Assembly (NCBI GenBank): GCA_002361615.1
Contig: DETK01000032.1
Location: forward strand, 51,297 to 115,296
Source of the DNA: Bacteroidales bacterium UBA3290
GTDB taxonomy: Bacteria > Bacteroidota > Bacteroidia > Bacteroidales > UBA932
DNA: 64,000 nt
Direction: 5' to 3'
How positions within the stretch are numbered: position 1 is the stretch's first letter; every line of letters begins with the position of its first letter. The notes under the pieces are model-generated. The model had not been told where the DNA came from, made no database searches, and saw nothing but the letters and a program-made list of their open reading frames with translations. The position numbers were made by a program, and so were the translations under genes. Shown piece after piece: positions 1 to 7,762 of this stretch.

Positions 1-1
1 C

Positions 2-103
2 GATACCGAGACCGGTGTCAACTACCTGTACGTCCAGGACGGCTACGGCGGCGGACTCACGCCGCTACTCGACGCCAAAGGCAATCCCATCGTCTCCCGC
101 TGA
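2..103 (+). CDS. 3' end of an unidentified CDS truncated by the window edge
   Basis: Open frame from position 2 to a TGA at 101-103 (…DTETGVNYLYVQDGYGGGLTPLLDAKGNPIVSR*). The product is not recognisable from 33 residues. Confidence 0.3.
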   Translation, partial: DTETGVNYLYVQDGYGGGLTPLLDAKGNPIVSR

Positions 104-159
104 CCCCGGAAGGCTGCTGGAGGGTGCTCCGACAGTATTGGATTTTCACTTTATTTCAC

Positions 160-167
160 TATCTTTG
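160..167 (+). promoter_or_regulatory. Bacteroidota -7 promoter box (TATCTTTG) upstream of the POT transporter
   Basis: TATCTTTG matches the TAnnTTTG consensus. It lies 47 nt upstream of the ATG at 214 and is preceded by a TTTCACT direct repeat. Confidence 0.5.
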
Positions 168-213
168 TAGTTACGTGTAAAGTGAAGATCCAATTTTTTT
201 ATACTGATAACCT

Positions 214-1920
214 ATGAAAATGCTATCCTTTCTGACGAATCTCTGGAACAGCAATGCCACGCTGGTGCTGCTGTTTCTGATTCTGATCATCGTGGCGGTC
301 TTCGTCGTCTTTTACCTGAACAAGGCAAAGGAACACCCGAAGGGGTTGATTGCCGCTGCATTGAGCAACATGGGCGAGCGCTTCGGCTACTACATCATGA
401 ATGCCGTGCTGCTGCTCTTCCTGGTCTCGAAGTTCGGTCTGCCCGACGGAACGGCCGGCCTGATCTACTCGTTCTTCTATTTCGGCATTTACATCCTGGC
501 CCTGGTGGGCGGTCTGATCGCCGACAGGACGCAGAACTACAACCGCACCATCCAGATCGGTCTGTTCATCATGGCGGCCGGTTACGTGGCCCTGGCCATT
601 CCGCTCTTCAGCAAGGTGGGCGGCATGGTGACCGACGGCAACGGCGGCTGGTGGGGCATCCTGATCTTCACCTGCATCGCCCTGCTCTGTATCGCCTTCG
701 GTAACGGTCTGTTCAAAGGCAACCTGCAGGCCCTGGTCGGTAAACTCTACGACGAGTTTGAAGCCGAGGAAGCCAAGAAGGGCCCCGAGGCTCTGAAGAT
801 CGCCAAGGACAAGCGTGACTCCGGTTTCCAGATCTTCTATGTGTTCATCAACATCGGCGGCGTGATCGCCCCGTTCATCGCCCCGATGCTCCGCAAGTGG
901 TGGCTCGGCCGCAGCGGCTTTATCTACAATGCCGACATGACGGGACTCTGCCATCAATTCATCGGCGGAGAAACGGCCGTGGCCGGATCCCAAAAATTCA
1001 TCGAGACCGCGCAGGCGTCGGTCATCGGCGGCACCGTGCCTGCCGACACCGCCCAGTTCTGCTCCGACTATGTGCAGGTATTCAACACGGGTATCCACTG
1101 GGCGTTCATCGTCTCGGCCGTCGCCATGCTGACCTCGCTGTTCATCTTCCTGGCTACCAAGCACAAGTTCCCGCAGCCGGGCAAGAAGGTCGCCGCCCAG
1201 AGCGTCGAATACACCGCTGAAGAGAAGCATGCCATGGCCAAGGAGATCAAGCAGCGTATGGCCGCTCTGTTCGCCGTACTCGGCATCGCCATCTTCTTCT
1301 GGCTCTCGTTCCACCAGAACGGCCAGTCGCTGATGGTCTTCGCCCGCGACTTCGTGGATTCCTCGAAGATTGCGCCCGAGATTTCGCAGGCGCTGAACCC
1401 GCTTTACGTGATTATCCTGACCCCGATTGTGATGGCTATTTTCGCCGGCCTTGCCCGCAGGGGTAAACCGGTGTCCACCCCGCGCAAGATTGCCTACGGT
1501 ATGTTCATTGCCGGTCTGGCCTATCTCTTCCTGGTCATCCTCTCGGTCGCCAACCACTATCCGTCCGGTGACACCTTCCGCGCCATGGACTCGACCCAGA
1601 TGGCCGCTGCCGGCCTGGCCAAATCGGGCTACTGGGTGATGTTCGTCATCTATTTCTTCCTGACCGTGGCCGAGCTGCTGATTTCGCCGCTGGGTCTGAG
1701 TTTCGTCTCGAAGGTGGCGCCCAAGCACATGGTCGGTCTCTGCCAGGGCCTCTGGCTCGGTGCGACCGCCATCGGCAACCTCTTCATCTTCGTCGGCCCG
1801 ATCATGCTCAACGCCTGGCCGATCTGGAAGTGCTGGACGGTGTTCCTGGTCATCTGCTTCGTGTCGATGTCGATCATGCTCGGCATGGTGAAGTGGCTGG
1901 AGAAGGTCACCAAGGACTAA
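214..1920 (+). CDS. Proton-dependent oligopeptide (POT/PTR2) family di/tripeptide permease
   Basis: 568-aa polytopic membrane protein. The N-terminal GERFGYYIMNAVLLLFL motif and the FYFGIYILALVGGLIADR motif are typical of DtpT-like POT transporters. Confidence 0.85.
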   Translation: MKMLSFLTNLWNSNATLVLLFLILIIVAVFVVFYLNKAKEHPKGLIAAALSNMGERFGYYIMNAVLLLFLVSKFGLPDGTAGLIYSFFYFGIYILALVGGLIADRTQNYNRTIQIGLFIMAAGYVALAIPLFSKVGGMVTDGNGGWWGILIFTCIALLCIAFGNGLFKGNLQALVGKLYDEFEAEEAKKGPEALKIAKDKRDSGFQIFYVFINIGGVIAPFIAPMLRKWWLGRSGFIYNADMTGLCHQFIGGETAVAGSQKFIETAQASVIGGTVPADTAQFCSDYVQVFNTGIHWAFIVSAVAMLTSLFIFLATKHKFPQPGKKVAAQSVEYTAEEKHAMAKEIKQRMAALFAVLGIAIFFWLSFHQNGQSLMVFARDFVDSSKIAPEISQALNPLYVIILTPIVMAIFAGLARRGKPVSTPRKIAYGMFIAGLAYLFLVILSVANHYPSGDTFRAMDSTQMAAAGLAKSGYWVMFVIYFFLTVAELLISPLGLSFVSKVAPKHMVGLCQGLWLGATAIGNLFIFVGPIMLNAWPIWKCWTVFLVICFVSMSIMLGMVKWLEKVTKD

Positions 1921-1936
1921 ACCATCGTTTTCAGCC

Positions 1937-2878
1937 ATGCTGAAAATCGTCTTTTTGGATGCGCAGACGCTGGGGAGTGACATCTCCCTGGCGCCTGTCT
2001 CCGATTTGGGAGACTATGTCTCCTATCCCTTTACGAAGCCGGAAGACGTGTTCGAACGCATCGCCGGCTTCGATGTGGTGATTACCAACAAGGTATGGAT
2101 GGGGAAGGAGCAGATCGACGCTTCGCCCGCCCTGAAGCTGATCTGCGTGGCGGCTACCGGAACGAACAACGTGGATACGGCGTATGCCGCTTCTAAAGGG
2201 ATCCCGGTACGCAATGCGGTGGACTACTCCACGGAAAGCGTGACGCAGGTCACCTGGATGCACATCCTGAATCTCGTGGGCAAGGCCCGCTATTTCGACG
2301 ATTACGTCAAGGACGGCTCCTACAGCACCAGCGGCTGCTTTACCAATGCGACCGTTCCGTTCTTCGAACTGCGCGGCAAGACTTATGGTACGGTGGGCCT
2401 GGGCAATATCGGTTCACGCGTGGCGGGAGTCGCGGAGGCCTTCGGCATGAAGGTGCTCTACTATCCGACTTCCGGCAAGCCGCACTCCGACCGCTATGAG
2501 GCCGATACGGACCTGGACAGCTTCCTCTCGCGCTGCGACGTGGTGTCAGTCCACTGCCCGCTCAACGAGCGCACGAACGGCCTGATCGGCTACGGACAGC
2601 TTGCCCGGATGAAGCGCAGTGCCGTGATCGTCAATATGGGCCGCGGCGGCATCGTCGTGGAAGCCGACCTGGCCCGGGCGCTCGACGAAGGCCTGATCGC
2701 CGGTGCGGCAACGGACGTGTTCACGAAAGAACCCCTTCCTTCCGGCCATCCTTACCTGAAGATGCAGCATCCCGAACGGCTGCTGCTCACGCCGCACATC
2801 GGCTGGGCCAGCCGCGAAGCCCGCATCTGCCTGGTGGACAAGATCGCCACCAACATCAAGGATATTTTCAACTTATAA
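1937..2878 (+). CDS. D-isomer-specific 2-hydroxyacid dehydrogenase (glycerate dehydrogenase-like)
   Basis: 313 aa with the NAD-binding GTVGLGNIGSRVA motif. The RMKRSAVIVNMGRGGIV…TPHIGWAS catalytic-domain pattern fits the D-2-hydroxyacid dehydrogenase family. Confidence 0.85.
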   Translation: MLKIVFLDAQTLGSDISLAPVSDLGDYVSYPFTKPEDVFERIAGFDVVITNKVWMGKEQIDASPALKLICVAATGTNNVDTAYAASKGIPVRNAVDYSTESVTQVTWMHILNLVGKARYFDDYVKDGSYSTSGCFTNATVPFFELRGKTYGTVGLGNIGSRVAGVAEAFGMKVLYYPTSGKPHSDRYEADTDLDSFLSRCDVVSVHCPLNERTNGLIGYGQLARMKRSAVIVNMGRGGIVVEADLARALDEGLIAGAATDVFTKEPLPSGHPYLKMQHPERLLLTPHIGWASREARICLVDKIATNIKDIFNL

Positions 2879-2891
2879 AAACAATAGTGCT

Positions 2892-3440
2892 ATGACTGTC
2901 ATTATCATCATTGCCATCGTTGCGATCCTCGTGCTGTGGGTGATTTCCGTGCAGCGGAAACTCGTCAAGCAGGAAGAGATCTGCAAGAACGGCCTGAGCC
3001 AGATCGGCGTCCAGCAGAACAACCGCTGGGATGCCCTCAAAGCGCTCGCCGAACTGACCAAAGGCTACTCGGATCATGAGTACAAGACCATTACCGACAC
3101 CATCGCGCAGCGCCGTCCCATCTCGGCCAGCAGCACCAGTGCCGACGCCAACACGCAGGAAAACCTCTTCACCCAGGCCCTTTCCGCCCTCAACGTCGTG
3201 GTGGAGAAGTATCCTGAACTCAAGGCCAACGAGAACTACATCAAGACCATGGACAGCGTCAATACCTACACCAACCAGGTGCGTATGAGCCAGATGGTCT
3301 ACAACGATTCCGTGACCAAGTTCAATCAGATCATCCGTCAGTTCCCGGACTCCATCGTCGCTTCGCTCTTCCACTTCACCCCGCGCGAATACCTGCAGGT
3401 GAACGAGAGCAAGACCGAGATGCCGTCGATGAAGTTCTAA
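2892..3440 (+). CDS. LemA family protein
   Basis: 182 aa with an N-terminal TM helix followed by a LemA-like helical sequence (…RKLV…NRWDALKALAELTKGY…YNDSVTKFNQIIRQFPDSIVA). Confidence 0.85.
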   Translation: MTVIIIIAIVAILVLWVISVQRKLVKQEEICKNGLSQIGVQQNNRWDALKALAELTKGYSDHEYKTITDTIAQRRPISASSTSADANTQENLFTQALSALNVVVEKYPELKANENYIKTMDSVNTYTNQVRMSQMVYNDSVTKFNQIIRQFPDSIVASLFHFTPREYLQVNESKTEMPSMKF

Positions 3441-3452
3441 ATCCCTGTCCCG

Positions 3453-5138
3453 ATGAAGCGTCTACCTTTGCTGTGTGCCGTGCTGCTGGCGCTGGTCCTT
3501 CCGGTCCGGCCCGCAGCCGCACAGAACCAGGTGCACGATGTGGACATCACCGTCACCCTCGCCACGGATGGCAGTGCGCAGATCCGGGAAGTATGGGACA
3601 TGACCCTGAGCCGCGGTACGGAAGTCTATCTGGGCCGCGAGAACCTGGGCGACATCAGGATCCTCGACCTGACCGTTTCCGACGAAACGGGCGAGACCTA
3701 CAAGACCGACCGCAGCTGGGACACAGATCGTTCCTTCGAGCGGAAGAAGGGCCATTGCGGCCTGCATTCCATCTCCGACGGTTATGAGATCTGCTGGGGC
3801 ATCGGTGAATACGGACATCGGACCTACACCGTCGACTACACCTTGACCAACCTGGTCAAGAGCCTGGACGACTACGACATGATCCATTACATGTTCTATA
3901 CGCCCAACGATTTCCGGGCGGAACATGTGAAGGTGACGTTGGAGAAACCGGGCTTTGAGATGGATACCCTCACGCGTATCTGGGCCTTCGGTTACGACGG
4001 CTACATCTGGCGCGAGGACGGGAAGGTGATTGCCGAAAACGAGAATCCGCTCGAATCCTCGCACGACATCATCATCCTGATGCGTTTCGACAAGGGAACC
4101 TTCGAATCGAACAGTGTGCAGGAGCGGCCTTTCCAGGCCGTCCTGGACCGTGCGCTGGAAGGGGCCGACGAGCCGGACAACCCGCTCCCGAAATGGAAGG
4201 AGAAACTCTACACCATACTGGGATTCTTCATGTTCATGGGAATGATCCTGTTGCCGTTCCTCCCGTTGATCGCGCGGATTATCCAGCGTCGCAAGGCCCG
4301 TAAGAATGCGTTCGGCACCCTGAATCTCTCCTCCATCGACTGGTCGCGGGAGATTCCCTATGGCGGAGACATCATGATGAACAATTACATCATCTCGACT
4401 TCCAAGGACATTAAGGCCAAGAACAATTCCGTGGCTTCGGCCATGATTCTCCATATGTTGCAGGAGGGGTGCCTCGAAGCCCAGCGCGACCTGGCAACCG
4501 GCAAGGTCAACATCTATTTCAAGGAAGATGCTGACTTTTCCAAGATCGACAGTACGGAAAAAGGACTCTGGTCGATGATGCTCGAGGCCAGCGGCCCCAA
4601 CAAGATCCTGGAAGAGAAGGAATTCTCGACCTGGGCCAAGAAGAAAGGATCACGGCTGATCAACTGGACTCAGTCTGTCAAGGCCGCGGGTTTGACGAAG
4701 TTGCGCACCGGAGGGTACTACCAGTCAAGCAAATACACGGACAAAGGCCGCACTGAAAACCGGAAAATCATCGGTTTCAAGAAATTCCTGGAAGATGCGA
4801 CGCTCATCAAGGAGCGTACGAGCCCGGAAGTCGCCCTGTGGCGCGAATACCTGATCTTCGCCTCGTTGATCGGCAGTGCCGAGCAGGTGGCCAAGGAACT
4901 CAAGGATATCGATCCGGTGATGTTCGAGAAGGCCTACTCGATGCCTTACAGCGACATGTCTCGCGTCATCAACCTGTCGAATTCCTACTCGAGAGTTGTT
5001 TCGTCGTATGCGTACACGCCTTCAACCAGTTATTCGGGCGGTTCACTGGGAGGCTTCAGCAGAAGCGGCGGTGGCGGCCACTCGTCATTCGGTGGCGGCG
5101 GCGGCTTCAGCGGCGGCGGCCACAGTGGCGTGCGATAA
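3453..5138 (+). CDS. DUF2207-like membrane protein, the usual partner of LemA
   Basis: 561 aa with a signal peptide (…VRPAAAQ), a central TM segment and a glycine-rich C-terminal tail (GGGGHSSFGGGGGFSGGGHSG). It starts 12 nt after the LemA stop. Confidence 0.7.
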   Translation: MKRLPLLCAVLLALVLPVRPAAAQNQVHDVDITVTLATDGSAQIREVWDMTLSRGTEVYLGRENLGDIRILDLTVSDETGETYKTDRSWDTDRSFERKKGHCGLHSISDGYEICWGIGEYGHRTYTVDYTLTNLVKSLDDYDMIHYMFYTPNDFRAEHVKVTLEKPGFEMDTLTRIWAFGYDGYIWREDGKVIAENENPLESSHDIIILMRFDKGTFESNSVQERPFQAVLDRALEGADEPDNPLPKWKEKLYTILGFFMFMGMILLPFLPLIARIIQRRKARKNAFGTLNLSSIDWSREIPYGGDIMMNNYIISTSKDIKAKNNSVASAMILHMLQEGCLEAQRDLATGKVNIYFKEDADFSKIDSTEKGLWSMMLEASGPNKILEEKEFSTWAKKKGSRLINWTQSVKAAGLTKLRTGGYYQSSKYTDKGRTENRKIIGFKKFLEDATLIKERTSPEVALWREYLIFASLIGSAEQVAKELKDIDPVMFEKAYSMPYSDMSRVINLSNSYSRVVSSYAYTPSTSYSGGSLGGFSRSGGGGHSSFGGGGGFSGGGHSGVR

Positions 5139-5840
5139 CTATTCGGCTGAGTAACCCACAGCGATGCCGCCGGTGTAGAGCTCGTAATGGATGCGGGCGA
5201 ACCCGGCGGCTTCTATTTCTTTGCAGAGTGCCTCATAGCGCGGGAAGGCCAGTACGGAATCGACCAGATATCCATAGGCCTCACCGCTGCCGACCAGTTT
5301 GCCGACCAGCCGCATCGCGTGCTTGAAATAGAAGAGGTAGAGGGCCCGCCAGATGCGGTTGCGGGGTACGGCGAACTCCAGCACGGCCAGCTGGCCGCCC
5401 GGTTTTAGTACGCGGCGGATCTCCTGCAGACACTGGGCCCGATGGTCGAAATTGCGCAGCCCGAAGGCGATGGTGACGGCGTCGAACGAGCTGTCGGGGA
5501 AGGGAATCTCCTCGGCCGATCCGAGAATAAAAGCAGGCTCCGGGTTGAGGTCGCGGCATTTGACCTTTCCAATCTCCATCATTTCGGCAGAAATGTCGAG
5601 GCCGGTGACGGCATAGCCTTTCTGGGAAAGCGCCTTCGTCAGGTCGCCTGTCCCGCAAGCCAGATCCAGGACCGTTGCCGCGGCAGGAAGCCGTTTAGAC
5701 AACCTGCCCACAAAACGACGGCGCCATAAACGGTCGATTCCCAGCGACATGCCGTGGTTCATCCGGTCGTATTTCGACGCGATGGAATCGAACATCCCGC
5801 TGATCACCTCAGCCTTCTTATCCAGAGAGTTTTCTGCCAT
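5139..5840 (-). CDS. ubiE: Demethylmenaquinone/ubiquinone methyltransferase (UbiE/MenG)
   Basis: The ORF is trimmed to MAENSLDKKAEVISGMFDSIASKYDRMNHGMSLGIDRLWRR…; the SAM motif VLDLACGTGDL is present. The upstream part of the track ORF runs into a terminator and a tRNA. Confidence 0.85.
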   Translation of the reverse strand: MAENSLDKKAEVISGMFDSIASKYDRMNHGMSLGIDRLWRRRFVGRLSKRLPAAATVLDLACGTGDLTKALSQKGYAVTGLDISAEMMEIGKVKCRDLNPEPAFILGSAEEIPFPDSSFDAVTIAFGLRNFDHRAQCLQEIRRVLKPGGQLAVLEFAVPRNRIWRALYLFYFKHAMRLVGKLVGSGEAYGYLVDSVLAFPRYEALCKEIEAAGFARIHYELYTGGIAVGYSAE

Positions 5841-5883
5841 AGACAACAAAGATACGAAATTCTGCGCGAAGCGAAGGCATACG

Positions 5884-5913
5884 AAAAAAGACCTGCTGCT
5901 GCAGGTCTTTTTT
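5884..5913 (-). terminator. Intrinsic terminator downstream of tRNA-Leu
   Basis: AAAAAAGACCTGC-tgct-GCAGGTCTTTTTT perfect hairpin with flanking A/T runs. Confidence 0.8.
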
Positions 5914-5915
5914 CG

Positions 5916-6001
5916 TGCCCAGGACAAGACTCGAACTTGCACGCCCTAAAGCGGGCACCAGCCCCTCAAGCTGGCGTGTCTACCAATTTCACCACCTGGG
6001 C
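5916..6001 (-). tRNA. tRNA-Leu (anticodon GAG), class II with a long variable arm
   Basis: The reverse complement GCCCAGGTGGTGAAATTGGTAGACACGCCAGCTTGAGGGGCTGGTGCCCGCTTTAGGGCGTGCAAGTTCGAGTCTTGTCCTGGGCA folds as a cloverleaf. Acceptor is GCCCAGG/CCTGGGC, anticodon stem CCAGC/GCTGG, anticodon loop TTGAGGG. Confidence 0.9.
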
Positions 6002-6064
6002 GGGGATTGGGATTGCAAAGGTACTGCTATTTTTGAACTATGCAAATATTTTTGGGTTTTTTTG

Positions 6065-6072
6065 TAGCTTTG
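6065..6072 (+). promoter_or_regulatory. Bacteroidota -7 promoter box (TAGCTTTG) upstream of the HAD gene
   Basis: Matches TAnnTTTG and lies about 23 nt upstream of the ATG at 6095. Confidence 0.45.
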
Positions 6073-6094
6073 CAGCCGATTTTTGGAAAGAGAC

Positions 6095-6718
6095 ATGATC
6101 AAGACCATCGCATTGGATTTTGGCGGCGTGGTCGTCGCCATCAGTTTTGAAAAGGCCGTCAGGCACTTTGAGGAACTGGGCGTCCCGAACGTACGCAACT
6201 TCCTCAACCCCTTCCAGCAAGGCGGTTTTTTCGGTGACCTGGAAGGTGGCCGGATCGATGCGGAGGAATTCCGCGAAGAGATGAGCCGTCAGACCGGACG
6301 GGAAATGAGCTGGGATGAGTGCAGCTACGCCTGCATGGGCTTTATCGACAGTGTTCCGCAGCGCAACCTCGACGCCATTCTCGCCCTCCGTCAGGCCGGG
6401 TACCGCGTCGTGCTGCTTTCCAATACCAATCCCTATGTCATGAAATGGGCGCGGTCTTCCGCGTTCGACGGGAACGGCCATTCGCTGGATTATTATTTCG
6501 ATGCGTGCTATCTCAGCTATGTTTGCAAGATGATGAAGCCCGATCCGGAATTCTTCCGCCTCGTCCTTGCGCAGGAAAAGGTCCAGCCCGAAGAGCTGTG
6601 CTTCCTCGACGATGGCCCGCGCAACATCGAAGTGGCGCAGAGCCTGGGCATCCAGACCCTGCTCGTAGAGAACAACGGCGAATGGAGCCAGGCTCTTGCA
6701 GAGAAATTGAAAGCCTGA
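6095..6718 (+). CDS. HAD-superfamily hydrolase (subfamily IA-like phosphatase)
   Basis: MIKTIALDFGGVVV… carries HAD motif I (DxGGV), with a later LLSNTN motif and FLDDGPRNIEVA (motif IV). Starting at 6095 is preferred over 6083 because of promoter-box spacing. Confidence 0.8.
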   Translation: MIKTIALDFGGVVVAISFEKAVRHFEELGVPNVRNFLNPFQQGGFFGDLEGGRIDAEEFREEMSRQTGREMSWDECSYACMGFIDSVPQRNLDAILALRQAGYRVVLLSNTNPYVMKWARSSAFDGNGHSLDYYFDACYLSYVCKMMKPDPEFFRLVLAQEKVQPEELCFLDDGPRNIEVAQSLGIQTLLVENNGEWSQALAEKLKA

Positions 6719-6748
6719 AACCAGCCCCCAACCTAAACCTGAACCCGT

Positions 6749-7762
6749 ATGTTCCGTCTCAAGAAGCGTATCATGTGCCGCATGCTGGCCAAAAGGAACA
6801 AGCAGAAACCTTTTGATTATCAGTATGCCGAAGACTTTTCTCTCGAAGGGGAGAAAGACCCGCTGGTGAACAATTCCTACTATTTCTCCGCGCACGACGA
6901 AACGATGTCCTTCTTCGCGCGGTTAGGCAGGCGGGTCAACGAAGATGAAACCTGGTTCGTGGTTTATCGGGAAGGCAGATTGTATTCGTTGAAACAGGAA
7001 TCCTTCCCCAGCGGCGCATCTCCGCTCATTGTCGAGAAGTGCGGGGAGAGCTGGACCGTTTCTTTCCGGGGCAAGGTCAATGAAAATGATGAAGTCGTCT
7101 TCCGGGCGAAATTTGTCGCCAGACAGGAACCCATCGACTTTACCAGCAATATGCCTGCGGAGCGGATGGCTACCGGCATTGCGAATGAAAAATGGAACCG
7201 GGCCCTCTTTGCCGGGCTGCAGCATGTCAGCGGCCAGTGCCATTATGAACAGGAAGGGATGCTGGAAGGGGAGATGACCTTGAATGGCAAGGCTATACAG
7301 TTCCAGCTGCCGTGCGTGCGCGACCATTCTTTCGGGAAGAGAGACTGGAGCTATATGAACAACCACCTGTGGCTGATGGCGGTCTCTGCTTCCCGCCAGT
7401 TCAACTATTCCCTGGTCTCTTATCCTGTCATCAGCGCCTTGGAAGTGGGCAATTACCGGGATGAGGCAGGCCAGCATTTCATGCTGCAGGCGGATTTGGA
7501 TTTCTGGCAGGTCGCGACGGGAAAGATCCCGCAGGAACTGGCATTGAACGTCCGGTTGGATGACCGCCGGACAATCAGGGTGACGGCGAAAGTGCTCTCG
7601 GGCGTAAGCTATCATTTCCAGGAAGGCCGGTATATCCTGCACGAGAATATCGCGGAGTTCCAGGTTGACGGTCAAGCTTGCCGCGGCATCCTGGAGATCG
7701 GCTTCAACCGCGACAGCAGCCGCTTCTTTAACCAGAAAGCATTGAACCGTATCAGAAGATGA
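6749..7762 (+). CDS. Hypothetical cytoplasmic protein, unknown family
   Basis: 337-aa ORF with protein-like composition and no signal peptide. Its stop overlaps the next gene's start (ATGA at 7759-7762). The segment RDHSFGKRDWSYMN is the only motif-like stretch I noticed. Confidence 0.6.
   Translation: MFRLKKRIMCRMLAKRNKQKPFDYQYAEDFSLEGEKDPLVNNSYYFSAHDETMSFFARLGRRVNEDETWFVVYREGRLYSLKQESFPSGASPLIVEKCGESWTVSFRGKVNENDEVVFRAKFVARQEPIDFTSNMPAERMATGIANEKWNRALFAGLQHVSGQCHYEQEGMLEGEMTLNGKAIQFQLPCVRDHSFGKRDWSYMNNHLWLMAVSASRQFNYSLVSYPVISALEVGNYRDEAGQHFMLQADLDFWQVATGKIPQELALNVRLDDRRTIRVTAKVLSGVSYHFQEGRYILHENIAEFQVDGQACRGILEIGFNRDSSRFFNQKALNRIRR

Noticed and set aside
223-1983. 586-aa ORF antisense to the POT transporter. 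Similar long antisense ORFs occur at 3462-4454, 7960-9843, 19968-21818, 21805-22998, 23769-24950, 34910-36712, 36779-38437, 38082-39257, 39257-40756, 41369-42685, 59269-60297, 60550-61947 and 62312-63742.
   Set aside because: These are shadow ORFs typical of GC-rich coding DNA. Their translations are Arg/Gly/Asp/His/Val-rich low-complexity strings with no recognisable motifs. In every case the opposite strand encodes a protein with clear family signatures.
5754-6098. ORFs overlapping tRNA genes (5749-5949 and 5754-6098 over tRNA-Leu; 31440-31748 over tRNA-Val).
   Set aside because: They span tRNA and terminator sequence and have no coding signatures.
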